63,950 nucleotides of DNA, filler included, from Thraustochytrium aureum (GCA_012862495.1; 5 parts of 5 records of this genome joined end to end with filler, not necessarily neighbours in it), one strand, 5' to 3'. Shown: positions 1-10,755, counted from the whole stretch's first letter. The notes: generated by a model from the letters alone, not told the origin. Numbers and translations: made by a program.

Positions 1-336
1 GGGCTGGCTGCTGAGGTTTTGCGCGGACGGCACGCGCTCCTGCCCACAATGTTCAAGCAATTTTCAAAAAAGGTTTTCTTTTACGAGCGACAAAGGATAA
101 ACGCTCTGACTTGCCCTGCACCGAACGCACCCCTGCCCTGCTCTATGGCTCTGTCCTCTTTTCGAGACTTGGCCTTTCGCAAAAGCGCGACACTGCTGCC
201 GATTCTGCCTTGCTCAGGTGGCGGGTTGCTAGCTATCGTGGCCGCGCAGCCCAGCCCAGCCCAGGCTTCTTCTGCCCATCAACAGGGAGCCGTCGGCCCG
301 CAACAGTTGCGTCCTAACGGAAATGTGGGCTCCCTT

Positions 337-2147
337 TCAGAGTGCTGCTGCCCAAGTGCACAGCTCGTCCCGCGCTTCATGGACGCCCGAGGCGTGCTCG
401 CAGAGGTTGTCAAAATACTGCCGAGCAAGCATGCTTGTGCGGCTCGGCTCCGATCCCGTGCAAGCCGCCGCCAGCATGCGTGTAGCTGCGTCACCAGCCG
501 CGCCAACGGCGGTCCACGAGCCTGACCGCTTGAGCGCCACGCGCTTGAGCGTCTCGAGGCAAAACGGCTCGAGGCGCCGCGCAAAAGTCCGCGGTCAGCA
601 CAAAGCCAATGATCTGCGGCGGATCGCCGTCGCCGGACTCGAGGGCGCTCGCCTCCCGGACGCGAGAGTTCCGCCGGCCCGAAAAGGCTCCTGACGCCGA
701 TGGTGCCGGTCTCCGCGCGGGCAGCGTCTTTGCAGCGTCGGCGCCGGCGCGTGGCGTGCTCGGCCGACTCGGCGCCAGAGCCGCGCGAAACCGAGCCACC
801 TCGTCGCGAAGCGCCGACCCGGTGTCAAGGCCGGATGAAGCGAAAGCAGCACCAAGCGCTGGCGTCCTCGATTCGAGCAGCGACTTGACCAGCGCGGTTC
901 CGGGCACAGCGCGACATCGAAGAATGCCGATGCAAAGGTCGACGGCTTCGTCGTCTGATACAAGCTCGCTCAGCTGGGCGAGGGCGCCATCCTTGTCGCA
1001 TGAGACAAGCAAAAGCTGCGGGAGACTAGGCCAGGCTCCTCTCAGTGCGCCCAGCGCCCCAGAGCGCGACTCTGCTCCCCATGCCTGGACAGCGCCAAAC
1101 AAGCCGCTCCAAGCGTCTGGCCCACCCTGGAGCATGCAGCAGGACGCCGCTCTTTCAAAGCCTTGGTCGATTCCTCGGCTCCCAAGAACCAGACCGAGCT
1201 CGGCCGCCCGAAACACCAGGGCCCGCACGATGCGCGACTCGCTCTTGCGCGAGCCTGACTTGCGTGCCACACAGCGCTCGAGAATGCTGGCTGAGCACTC
1301 TGCGGCTGCTGCGCACAGGGCCGCGGCGGGCTGTTCGTCCGGCGCTGCTTCGTTCGCAAGTTGGTTTGGGTTGTTGGGCCGCCGCTGGGCCAATCGCCGC
1401 CGGTCCTCGCCGCTCTGCGAAAGACGAGTCAATAGCTCCAAGCCAAGAATGGACGCCTCTGCGTGCATCTCAAAGGCCGCGCCCTTGCGCGAGAGACCTT
1501 CGCGCGCGATGCTAGCAACCTGGTCGACGATGGGGCTGCAGCAACGGAGCGCGCGCGTCGTGCTGCCGACGTNNNNNNNNNNNNNNNNNNNNNNNNNNNN
1601 NNNNNNNNNNNNNNNNNNNNNNNNNNNNNNNNNNNNNNNNNNNNNNNNNNNNNNNNNNNNNNNNNNNNNNNNNNNNNNNNNNNNNNNNNNNNNNNNNNNN
1701 NNNNNNNNNNNNNNNNNNNNNNNNNNNNNNNNNNNNNNNNNNNNNNNNNNNNNNNNNNNNNNNNNNNNNNNNNNNNNNNNNNNNNNNNNNNNNNNNNNNN
1801 NNNNNNNNNNNNNNNNNNNNNNNNNNNNNNNNNNNNNNNNNNNNNNNNNNNNNNNNNNNNNNNNNNNNNNNNNNNNNNNNNNNNNNNNNNNNNNNNNNNN
1901 NNNNNNNNNNNNNNNNNNNNNNNNNNCCGGCCTCGCTTGCAGTCTCCAAAACCGCGGCGAACTTGCCGAGGACCATCTCGTCGTCCAAGAGCGCGGCGCA
2001 CATTTCGAGGTCGTCAGTGCGCCGCTCGAGCACGTCGGCGAGCTCGTCGGCTCCGGGCCGATCCACGCCGTCCAGCAGCATGTCTAGGTCCACTGTAAAC
2101 CCTTCGCGTTTGCGCTTCGCCGAAGCATCGCCAATCTCTGCATCCAT
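337..2147 (-). CDS. Hypothetical helical protein, interrupted by an N gap and one probable homopolymer frameshift
   Basis: ATG at 2147 (MDAEIGDASAKRKREGF...). After the gap the frame continues through ORF 491..1468. Removing one base from the AAAA run at 583-586 joins it to ...DFARRLEPFCLETLKRV...CTWAAAL* ending at 337. No family recognised. Confidence 0.5.
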
Positions 2148-2788
2148 CGCGCGAGGCCGTCACCTCGGCATACTCGGGCAGCCAGCGAGCGAGCGAGCGA
2201 GCGCGCGAGCACCGAACCCCACGCCAAGTCAGCGGAGTTGCCTCAAGAGGCTGGCCCGGGCAACAGTTAGATCGACGGATCGATCGATCGATCAACGCAT
2301 CCACGGGGGTTGGCTGCGCGGGCAGGCGGGCGCTCGGTCGGGCGATGCAGACCTGGAGCCCGCCGGTCCATTCTTGCACCCAAAGATCCGTTTCGACTCG
2401 AGAGTCCGTTCTTGTTGATCAATCAATCAACACCCAGAACAGCTCCGCGTCCTGCGCCGGCGGCGCCCGCAAGCAGCTTCAGACAGGCGAAGAAAAGGCA
2501 CTCTAGCGTATGCTTCCTCGCCCGGGCGCGGCGCTCGAGAGGAGCGCCGGGGTTTGCCCATGGAGTTGGCCGAGTACGAGCCAGCACGCATTCATTCATT
2601 CATTCATTCATTCATGCGCCAGCCAGGCTGTCCCTCGACGCCCTCCTCAATCGATTTAATTACCAAATATAGCGGGTCAGCACCCGTGCTTGGCGCGCTT
2701 CGGAAGCCCTCTCTTCTTCCTCCGCGGCATTAATCGATTGAAAGAGGGTCTGAGCTGGCGCTGGAATGCATTCATTTGTGAGCAGGAG

Positions 2789-2845
2789 TTCAGAATCAGA
2801 ATTCAGAATCAGAATTCAGAAATTCAGAAATTCAGAACAGAATCA
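2789..2845. repeat. Degenerate TTCAGAA/TCAGAA short tandem repeat
   Basis: ttcagaatcagaattcagaatcagaattcagaaattcagaaattcagaacagaatc, read directly. Confidence 0.85.
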
Positions 2846-2902
2846 ACTCAATCAAAGGCGAATTATCACACGGAGAAAAAGAAAAAGAAAAAAACTCATC
2901 TG

Positions 2903-3017
2903 AATAAGTTCTTCCTTGTGCCAGTGAGTCAGAGAGACTGTGCAGAGGGGAAGGAACGAAATAAGTTCTTCCTTGTGCCAGTGAGTGAGAGAGACTGTGC
3001 AGAGGCGAAGGAACGAA
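2903..3017. repeat. Tandem duplication of a ~57-bp unit
   Basis: aataagttcttccttgtgccagtgagt(c/g)agagagactgtgcagagg(g/c)gaaggaacga occurs twice. Confidence 0.9.
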
Positions 3018-3447
3018 TGAACATTCTCCTGTTCTCCCTCGGCCAGCAGGGGAGTGTGGCCAATGCCCTCCACTGGTAATAGGAAGTACTTTGAGCAGGG
3101 AGTAAGAGTACAGTAGCGGAGTACTCTAGCTAGTACTACTCGAGTACTACTCTCTCTAGCACTTGTGTTCTGAATCTGATTCTTGGGTGATTCTGAAGAA
3201 GGAAGGAGGAGGAGGGCAGTCACCCAACGCGGAGGAGCAGCAGCGGCAGGAGGAGGCCGGGCAGAGTCGCGGCGGCGGTGCGCGTCTGCTCGCGGGTTGC
3301 GCGGCTGTGCGTGCGGCTGTGCGTGCGGCTGTGCGTGCGCTTGAGCGGTGGTGCGGCTGTGCGTGCGCTTGTTGCGTGCGCCGTGCTGCGCCGGCTGGGC
3401 CGCGGGGTTCGGGGGTTTTGCTGGCGCGGATTCGGCGCGGGCGTGGA

Positions 3448-4814
3448 ATGAGTGCACCTCGAGGTGCCAGGTATGAGAAGGTGGGCAGCGGCAGGGATGC
3501 CGACGACGCTGTGGAGGCCGAGGTGGACCCGGAGCAGCAGGAGCTGCACGAGGGCAGCCAGCCTGGTGGTGGTAGCGACCGTGGACGACGAGCGCGTCGA
3601 GGCCGGCAGCGGCGAGCCGGCCGCCGCGCCCCGAAGCCTCCGCGGTGGTCGAGCCCGCAGACTCGATCNNNNNNNNNNNNNNNNNNNNNNNNNNNNNNNN
3701 NNNNNNNNNNNNNNNNNNNNNNNNNNNNNNNNNNNNNNNNNNNNNNNNNNNNNNNNNNNNNNNNNNNNNNNNNNNNNNNNNNNNNNNNNNNNNNNNNNNN
3801 NNNNNNNNNNNNNNNNNNNNNNNNNNNNNNNNNNNNNNNNNNNNNNNNNNNNNNNNNNNNNNNNNNNNNNNNNNNNNNNNNNNNNNNNNNNNNNNNNNNN
3901 NNNNNNNNNNNNNNNNNNNNNNNNNNNNNNNNNNNNNNNNNNNNNTCAAGCAGAGCAACGTGGCGGACGGCATCTTTGTGCACCTGGTGCCCAAACCGGC
4001 CTCTAGCGGCCCGCCGCTCGCCAGGTCCTCCAGCGGCTCGAGCAACTCGAGCCGCGTGCCCGTGGCCGAGAACGTGGACGAGATACACATCCCTGCTCAC
4101 ATCCGCGAGATGCTGGCCGCGCGCAACTCCCGGGTCCCGGAGGCTCTGCACGACGACTCGCGCTTCTCGTTCGAGGACGAGTACGAGCTGAGCATCTGGC
4201 GCTACCGCGTGCGCGTCATGTCCATGCTCATGCTCTTCTACTACTTTATGGCGCTCATGGCCTCGCTCTCGCTCTGGATGCGGCCCGAGGGCGACGATGA
4301 CGAGGACAAGTACCGCCGCGGAGGCCAGTTCCGCCAGGTGCGCTCCAACGTGCCGCTTGCCCTGGTCGACACGCTCGAGAACGTGCTCGGCATCATCGTC
4401 TCGATCGCCGGGCTCAAGGCGGCCGTGCGCAACTGCCCCGTGGTGGCGGCTCGGTTTGCGCGCGAGGTAAGCAGGCTGGCTGTGGTCCACTTCTGCAACC
4501 TGTTCATGTGGATCGTTGCACTCTATCGCGGCGACATCGTCCAGGTGCCCTTGCGCTCGCGCCACCATGCCTCCACGTCACATGAGGCGACGCCCGAGGA
4601 GCAGGAAGAGGCCGTGCGCTCAATTGTGGGGGCGATGCTCATCGTGCACCCGCTGCTCTGGGTGTCGATCCTCAGCATCGCGTTCCGCTTCCAAAAGATC
4701 CTGGCGCATCGCCAGGAGGTTTTCGAGCCGCCGCAGGCCGTGGCTGCGCAGCCGTCGGAGGCTCCGCAGGCGCAGTCGGGGCGCGCGCCCGCGACGTCGA
4801 TCGACATTGTGTAA
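3448..4814 (+). CDS. Multi-pass membrane protein with a probable N-terminal ubiquitin-like domain (partly in the gap)
   Basis: ATG 3448 (MSAPRGARYEKV...). After the gap, KQSNVADGIFVHLVP resembles the last strand of a ubiquitin-like fold. About four hydrophobic segments follow; stop at 4814. Confidence 0.6.
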
Positions 4815-4943
4815 TTATTCCAGCGCTGTTCTCCCCCAGGGGATCGGACCAGCTGGGCGTGTCAGTGTTCTTAGCATCAAAATAACTTTTCATGGATCGC
4901 TCAAGAATGCGCGCTTTGGCCAGCTTGCGAGATCCACGCTCTG

Positions 4944-6209
4944 CTACTCGAGCACCAGAGGCAGGGGCCGAGGCTCGACTTTGCGCACAACCTGCTGCGT
5001 GGCGTCCTCGGACTCGTCGCCCCCCGACCCATCCTCGTCCTCGTCGTCGCCCTGGAGGCCGATGCCATAGTAGCCCGCCGAGGAGAGCGACGACCGCCGG
5101 CGCGATGTTGTCGAGGTCTGCGAAGTGCGCCGCGAGGTCATTCGGAGCTGCTCCGTCATGCTCGCACTGAGGACGACGTCGAGCGGCTTGCCGAGCGCCC
5201 CGCGGACGAGCCGGCGGCGCTCCAGCGCGCTCCACTTCAAGTTGGCCGTGTCAAACACGTACGGGTGCTCGCGAAACACTTCGAGTGTGACCGAGCGCGC
5301 CGCGAACGAGTCGAGCCCGGCCGCCACGCTCGCGCCAACCCAGGGCACCAGGTCGAGGTCAACGCCGAGCCAGCGGACGTTGGCGAATCGCGCCACGCAC
5401 TCGCTGATCGCCGCGAACGCCGGCTCGCTCTCCGCCCCGCGGCGCATCCCCTCCAAGAGGTTGGCGCAGGCCTGCTGCCCGCCGCCGCGCGCGCTGCGCC
5501 CCAGGCCGCCGCACAAAACGACGTTCTGGCACACCAAGGGCCGGACGGCCCGCGGGCTCCGCGCGATCGCTTGCAGCGCGACGTGCACTAGCGACTGCTC
5601 GTCACCGGCAAGGGTGCCGTCGACCAGCTGCTCGAACGAGACGCCTCCGACGGGGCAGGCTTGAAACGACTGCTGCACCGCCGCGCCGCCAACCACGGCA
5701 CGGGCTCTTGCGTCCGAGTAGCCCGCGTCTACGACAAGCCCGGTGGCGATGCCGGACGGAAAGAGCGCAACGCCGCTGCACGGGCAGACGCACACCGACG
5801 GGACATCAAAGTACGCCAGCAATGCTTCCGCACATGCCCAGATCAGCAGGCTCGGCGCCTCGTCGTGCAGGGTCACGATCACGCGGCGCTCTTTTGGTTT
5901 GCTGTTGAGCCACACGAAAAATACGTTCTGGAACACGCTCAGCGCCGCGTCGAGCCACTCTTGCTTGTCGCCGGTGCGGCGTCGCAAGCCGGGCCGCGCT
6001 CGCGGCTCGCCTTCCGGCTCGGCTCCGAGCAACCAGCGCAGGCCCTCGATGACGCTCCCTTGGCGGATGACCCGCCGCGGCGCCACCTCCTCAGCAAACC
6101 CGCATTTGATCGCGCCGAGCCCGACGTCGACCACAACAGCGCTCTTCTCGGCGCGGCCCGCGAGCCCGAGGCTCGTCCGCCGTCCGCCGGCCCCACTGAA
6201 CGGCAGCAT
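4944..6209 (-). CDS. ACTR10: Actin-related protein 10 (dynactin Arp11 family)
   Basis: EKSAVVVDVGLGAIKCGFAEEVAPRRVI, KPKERRVIV, YFDVPSV, GLVVDAGY, NVVLCGG and WVGAS match the ACTR10 pattern ([43 protein letters not shown]). Confidence 0.8.
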   Translation of the reverse strand: MLPFSGAGGRRTSLGLAGRAEKSAVVVDVGLGAIKCGFAEEVAPRRVIRQGSVIEGLRWLLGAEPEGEPRARPGLRRRTGDKQEWLDAALSVFQNVFFVWLNSKPKERRVIVTLHDEAPSLLIWACAEALLAYFDVPSVCVCPCSGVALFPSGIATGLVVDAGYSDARARAVVGGAAVQQSFQACPVGGVSFEQLVDGTLAGDEQSLVHVALQAIARSPRAVRPLVCQNVVLCGGLGRSARGGGQQACANLLEGMRRGAESEPAFAAISECVARFANVRWLGVDLDLVPWVGASVAAGLDSFAARSVTLEVFREHPYVFDTANLKWSALERRRLVRGALGKPLDVVLSASMTEQLRMTSRRTSQTSTTSRRRSSLSSAGYYGIGLQGDDEDEDGSGGDESEDATQQVVRKVEPRPLPLVLE

Positions 6210-7284
6210 CGCGTCAGATCCAACGTGGCTCGCAGCCGCAGCGGCGCCGAGCGCTGCGCACGCGCGCGTCCGCCTCGCAGGACGGGCCAACTCCGCCACC
6301 AGCCGCACGACCNNNNNNNNNNNNNNNNNNNNNNNNNNNNNNNNNNNNNNNNNNNNNNNNNNNNNNNNNNNNNNNNNNNNNNNNNNNNNNNNNNNNNNNN
6401 NNNNNNNNNNNNNNNNNNNNNNNNNNNNNNNNNNNNNNNNNNNNNNNNNNNNNNNNNNNNNNNNNNNNNNNNNNNNNNNNNNNNNNNNNNNNNNNNNNNN
6501 NNNNNNNNNNNNNNNNNNNNNNNNNNNNNNNNNNNNNNNNNNNNNNNNNNNNNNNNNNNNNNNNNNNNNNNNNNNNNNNNNNNNNNNNNNNNNNNNNNNN
6601 NNNNNNNNNNNNNNNNNNNNNNNNNNNNNNNNNNNNNNNNNNNNNNNNNNNNNNNNNNNNNNNNNNNNNNNNNNNNNNNNNNNNNNNNNNNNNNNNNNNN
6701 NNNNNNNNNNNNNNNNNNNNNNNNNNNNNNNNNNNNNNNNNNNNNNNNNNNNNNNNNNNNNNNNNNNNNNNNNNNNNNNNNNNNNNNNNNNNNNNNNNNN
6801 NNNNNNNNNNNNNNNNNNNNNNNNNNNNNNNNNNNNNNNNNNNNNNNNNNNNNNNNNNNNNNNNNNNNNNNNNNNNNNNNNNNNNNNNNNNNNNNNNNNN
6901 NNNNNNNNNTCTCGGCTCGCGCGTGCTCGGCCGGGCTTGCCAGGACAGGGAGGTGGGGACCTGCGTTGCCAACGGACGGTCGCCAGCAAGTCCTCCCCAC
7001 GCCGTCCTCGGGTGCTCCGTCCCCGAGTCAGTTGCAGCAGCTGGCGAGGCGCGCTCGCGCAAAGGCGCTCGTGGCGGACCAGCCGGGTAGCTGGCCCAGG
7101 CCGTCGCGCTGCAGCCCCCGGCAGCGAGCGCTCTGGCCCGAAATCCGGTGTTGGTCATCCTTTGGCAGAACGGAAAGAAAGGTCGACGAAGAGAGGCCAC
7201 GAGCAGAGCCGAAACGGCAGCGTCTTGCTGGGCTGCGGAGAGCCCGGGAGGCGCCATCGCGGGCGGAAGGGCTGGCGGCGGAGG

Positions 7285-9981
7285 ATGGTGCTCCGCGCAG
7301 AAAGCCGCGATGAGGCCCCGGAAGTGCGCAAGACGTTTGTGGCCTGGCAGGACGTGATGGAGATCGCTGAACGAGAAGACAGGCATGACTTTGCCTTCAA
7401 AGAGGTCCGGTTTCGTTTGCTGTTCTTTGTGGTGGTGCTGCCGTTCATCGTGCTGCAGGCCAGGGCGACGGAGCGGTTTCAGACGATGGCCAACCTGAAG
7501 CTGCTGATTGAAGGGACCTCGTTTACCAAGAGCTCTGCGCTCACGATGGCCGTCAACGCCTCCGTGTTTGGCGGCGCGCCAGAGCAAGTCCAGATCCCCA
7601 CGTTCTGGCAACCGCAAACCTTTCAGGACGGCTCCGAGGACGAGGTCGTGACGAGCAACAACAACGAGACGCTAAACTTTCGGCAGATGCACAAGGCGGA
7701 ACACTTTTGGGACTGGATGGTGCAAGTGATCGGCCAGCGCGTCATGTTCCCGCAGTTTTGCTCACGGGGCATCCTCAACAACACATTCGACCGGTTCTGG
7801 GTCTTTGACGACCCTGACCTCGTCGCGTGGCTCGGCAGCGTCTACCCACAGTTCTGCGGCGCAGCGCAGAGCGTGTCCAACTTTCTGCTGTACGGCGTGC
7901 GGATCCGGCAAGTCAGGGTCGCCCCTTTCTCATCTTGCGGGCCTGCCATTTTGCAGACGGCGGTCGAGGTCGCAGAGTGCCACCCGCCGTTCACGCTGTA
8001 CGACGAGTCCAAATCGTCGGGGAGCTACGGCAAAGTGACGGCCAAGAACTCGACCCTTGCCGACCAGGATACGTTTGCCTTCTACTGGGAACAGGCCACC
8101 GTCTTGCAAGAGTCCGACATTCGCGGCCCGCACTCCACCGTCTACCCTGGGAGCGGGTTCGCGGTGGTCCTGCCCTTCGAGTGGTCGAGCTGGTACGCCG
8201 TGGCCAACAAACTGTTCCAGTACAGGACGGGCGTGTTCTCCTGGCTCAACGACGAGCCGTTTTTGCGCATTCCGGGGCGCGCCAACGCGACCTCTGCAGG
8301 CGAGCCTTACATCAATCGGGGCACGCGCATGCTGGTCACCGTGCTCACGTTTTACAACCCCAACACCAACCTGTACTCTTACCTGGAGTGCGTCGTGTCC
8401 ATCAGCGCCGCCGGGGCGTGGGGGACGTTTGTGAACTACTACATAGCGCCGTCGCCGACGCAAAACCTGCAGTCCGCCTCCGAGGTCGCCGAATTCGTCT
8501 TCGCGATCCTCACCTTCCTGTACATCATCGTGATGTATGTGCGCTTCGCGCGCTACCTCAACATATTCCGCTGCGGGACGGTCTGGGTCTTGATCGACCT
8601 CGCAGCCATCGTCCTCAGCGGGTTCGTGCTCAAGTGGATTTTTCAAACGTACGTGTTCCTCGGCACCGAGGTCGAGTTTCCCAACGACGCCACGTACAAG
8701 GTTCTCGTGGACGACCCGCTCTGGATTTGCCCCGACGGCGAGGGCCACCTCGGCAAGGAGCGCGACGCCGCCCGAGCCGACAATCCGAAAGCGCAGTTCT
8801 TCACGTGCGGGGGGCAGCCGCCCTTCTACGCCGGCGTCGGCCTCCACGCCAAGGACTACCAGTCGATGCAGATCATCTATGCCTGCTTGCTCTTGCTTGA
8901 GCTGTTCAAGCTGCTGGAGAACCTGCTCAAGTTTGAGCGCTTCCGCCTCTTCTCCGAGGCCCAGGTCAACGCGCGAGTCAACCTTCTCTATTTTGCCATC
9001 ATCTTCATGGTCTCGTTCGTGGGATACTCGCTCGCCGGCTTCCTGTTCTACTACGACACGCTCGCGAGCTTCTCCACGCTCGCTGCCTCGGCGATGAGCA
9101 TGCTCCTCCTATTTCTCCGGTTTGATGTGCAATACGACGTGCTGGTCTACGCAAACCAGTTTGGCCGCGCCTTCGGGCCCATCTTCTTCTTCAGCTTCTT
9201 CTTCATCTTCACGTGGGTCTTCGGCTGCGTCTTGCTCGCCATCATCTACAGCGCATGGCGCAGCGCCAAGGAGGTTTCCTACCAGCAGGACAGGCGCGAG
9301 TGGAGCACCCGCGTCCGCAACGAGCGCCTCGCGCTCCTTTTCGCCCAGGGGTCTGAAGTTGACAAGGTCCCGCTCGCCTCGAGCGACGTGCAGAGGCCCG
9401 CTCGACTCGCTTCGAGCCAGATCATCACGCGCGCCGCCGCGGACAGGCAGTACCGCCCAGAGGCCCGCGCGATACTGTGCGAGCGGTTTTGCGCCCGCAC
9501 GCGGCCAGGTTGGCTCAGCAAGGAGTGGGTCCTCATTAACCTCAAGGAGTGGAAGGCTCTGCCGGCCAACGCGAACAAGCACTTTGTCGACTACAAGTTG
9601 CTTCGCGAGGCCTTGCGCGGGGCAGCGGGCCGCGCTGCGGTTCCGGCCGACCAGGTCCACTACTACCTGGACTTGCTCAAGGGGCGCATGTACAATAAAG
9701 CAGAGGTGGACCAGCGCGTCTCCAAGATAGAGCTGCAGCGCCGCGCCGCCTCGCATGACAACGGGATAGCCGCTCAACGCCGCGACGCTGCTGGTCCGGC
9801 CCTGTCGATGCGCAAGAGCATCGCCACCACTGTGGACGACATTGCGCGGGATCAGGACGCCTGGTTTCTGCAAGTGGACAGGCACCTCGCAGCCCTCCGC
9901 GTGCGCCAAGCCAAGTCAGCCAGAGATTTTGTTGAACTTTCGCGCAACGTAAAGTCTGTGACTGCCTACGCGTCGCAGTAG
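7285..9981 (+). CDS. Polycystin-2 / TRPP-like cation channel
   Basis: TOP-domain motifs NFLLYGVRIRQVRV, YPGSGFAVVL and INRGTRMLVTVLTFYNPNTNLY; six TM segments; pore helix SFSTLAASAMSMLLL; S6 FGPIFFFSFFFIFTWVFGCVLLAII; C-terminal coiled-coil-like region. Confidence 0.85.
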   Translation: MVLRAESRDEAPEVRKTFVAWQDVMEIAEREDRHDFAFKEVRFRLLFFVVVLPFIVLQARATERFQTMANLKLLIEGTSFTKSSALTMAVNASVFGGAPEQVQIPTFWQPQTFQDGSEDEVVTSNNNETLNFRQMHKAEHFWDWMVQVIGQRVMFPQFCSRGILNNTFDRFWVFDDPDLVAWLGSVYPQFCGAAQSVSNFLLYGVRIRQVRVAPFSSCGPAILQTAVEVAECHPPFTLYDESKSSGSYGKVTAKNSTLADQDTFAFYWEQATVLQESDIRGPHSTVYPGSGFAVVLPFEWSSWYAVANKLFQYRTGVFSWLNDEPFLRIPGRANATSAGEPYINRGTRMLVTVLTFYNPNTNLYSYLECVVSISAAGAWGTFVNYYIAPSPTQNLQSASEVAEFVFAILTFLYIIVMYVRFARYLNIFRCGTVWVLIDLAAIVLSGFVLKWIFQTYVFLGTEVEFPNDATYKVLVDDPLWICPDGEGHLGKERDAARADNPKAQFFTCGGQPPFYAGVGLHAKDYQSMQIIYACLLLLELFKLLENLLKFERFRLFSEAQVNARVNLLYFAIIFMVSFVGYSLAGFLFYYDTLASFSTLAASAMSMLLLFLRFDVQYDVLVYANQFGRAFGPIFFFSFFFIFTWVFGCVLLAIIYSAWRSAKEVSYQQDRREWSTRVRNERLALLFAQGSEVDKVPLASSDVQRPARLASSQIITRAAADRQYRPEARAILCERFCARTRPGWLSKEWVLINLKEWKALPANANKHFVDYKLLREALRGAAGRAAVPADQVHYYLDLLKGRMYNKAEVDQRVSKIELQRRAASHDNGIAAQRRDAAGPALSMRKSIATTVDDIARDQDAWFLQVDRHLAALRVRQAKSARDFVELSRNVKSVTAYASQ

Positions 9982-10116
9982 TAGGTAGGTACCCTCCTTG
10001 TCGTGTGAAAACGTCAAGCCTTTCTGCGCAGGTCCCAAGAGATCCAGCTCGCGTGTGCGGTCGCTCCGCCGTGTCCCCTGCTCCTGCAAGGCAGCCGGCA
10101 AATCCACTGATTATTT

Positions 10117-10755
10117 TTAGTAAAAAAAAGCGCTCTCGTCCGCGTGCACCTTTTGCTCGGCATGGTCCTCTGCTTCTTCGCTAGCTTTGTTCCGCTTCAG
10201 CAGCTGCGCAAGTTTGTGGACCTGGTACAGATTCGAGCACTTGAGATCCGTGCCTTTCAAAAACTCGTCGTACATCGCATCGGCCGGCGCCTTTGCACCA
10301 GACTCCAGAGCGTCCTTGGCCCGCTCTTCCTTTCGCTTGCCCTGCATGTACTCGAAAAAGACTTGCTCGAGAAATGCAGCCTTGATCTGATCCTTGTTCG
10401 TGTCGATTGCGACAAGGTCCCGCCCCGGGCCGCGGAAAGTGGTTGCCATGCCACTGTGCGAAGCCATGATCTCAGACGACTCTCTCCTAAGCTGCTGGTT
10501 TTTCGCGTCCGATTCTCGCCGCCCGCTTGACAGTAGGTTCTTTGAGCTCCCATCGAACGTGCTGTGCCGAAAGTGCGGGATCGGCGCGTGCGCGAGCCCT
10601 CCCACCAGACTCGATGCGTCTTCGAGCGCTTGTTCCCCAAGGTGCTGGGCGCCACGCAAGAGCGAGGTTGCTCCACCCAGCAGAAAGCCTGCTGCACTGT
10701 GCCTATGCTGGCTCCCTTGTGCTCGGCCCTCCTGGCCTCGTGCCCCGGAGTTCAT
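10117..10755 (-). CDS. Hypothetical protein (212 aa)
   Basis: Clean ATG-to-TAA ORF with protein-like composition in its C-terminal half (IKAAFLEQVFFEYM...MYDEFLKGTDL). No family recognised. Confidence 0.6.
   Translation of the reverse strand: MNSGARGQEGRAQGSQHRHSAAGFLLGGATSLLRGAQHLGEQALEDASSLVGGLAHAPIPHFRHSTFDGSSKNLLSSGRRESDAKNQQLRRESSEIMASHSGMATTFRGPGRDLVAIDTNKDQIKAAFLEQVFFEYMQGKRKEERAKDALESGAKAPADAMYDEFLKGTDLKCSNLYQVHKLAQLLKRNKASEEAEDHAEQKVHADESAFFY

Noticed and set aside
609..2087. Long antisense/overlapping ORFs and ORFs running through N gaps (e.g. the 5' part of 5743..9981, 16869..18995, 56984..58129)
   Set aside because: These are shadows of real genes in GC-rich, stop-poor DNA, or are lengthened artificially by Ns. 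They are Arg/Ala/Pro-rich with no motifs.
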